From contig JAKLDR010000001.1 in assembly GCA_022703445.1 (NCBI GenBank), positions 107,846 through 171,845 on the forward strand: a stretch of DNA of 64,000 nt. Direction: 5' to 3'. Position 1 is the first letter of the stretch; each line of letters begins with the position of its first letter. Origin of the DNA: Planctomycetota bacterium. GTDB taxonomy: Bacteria; Planctomycetota; SZUA-567; JAKLDR01. The position numbers and the translations under genes were made by a program. A model generated the notes under the pieces. That model saw only the letters and a list, made by a program, of their open reading frames with translations. It was not told the DNA's origin and made no database searches. This document shows, one piece after another, positions 63,986 through 64,000 of the stretch.

Positions 63986-64000
63986 CTTGGCCTCAGTGCC

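Overview
This is a high-GC (~68-70%) bacterial chromosomal window holding about 55 protein genes, one tRNA, and no rRNA, CRISPR array, transposase or integrase. Coding strand was decided by amino-acid composition and recognisable motifs. Most of the very long R/G/A/P-rich ORFs in the supplied six-frame track are treated as antisense GC artefacts. Housekeeping genes: alaS, hisS, aspS, glgC with a GH57 branching enzyme, cdd, and NAD(P)HX dehydratase. The accessory content is envelope and carbohydrate oriented. It includes a carrier-protein-dependent polysaccharide O-acylation cluster, a Wza/Wzz/BY-kinase-like/ExeA-ATPase export module, GH2/GH42/CE7 enzymes, and an AraR-like regulator followed by secreted LamG/PA14/beta-propeller proteins. 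There are also several secreted HEAT-repeat proteins, a secreted PLD nuclease, an ECF sigma factor and a TonB-like protein. Lower-GC (~50-58%) patches suggest mosaic acquisition, including one next to tRNA-Leu(CAA). Non-coding highlights are a 24-bp perfect inverted-repeat element, 'cgcagaga' tandem repeats, G-rich and heptamer repeats upstream of a CE7 esterase, an 18-bp perfect palindrome upstream of glgC, and long-range inverted octamer repeats between tRNA-Leu and alaS. The strongest candidate for an undescribed system is the Dlt/Alg hybrid O-acylation cluster. Lineage looks PVC/Planctomycetota-like or candidate phylum, with low confidence. All calls come from reading the sequence; no database search was run.
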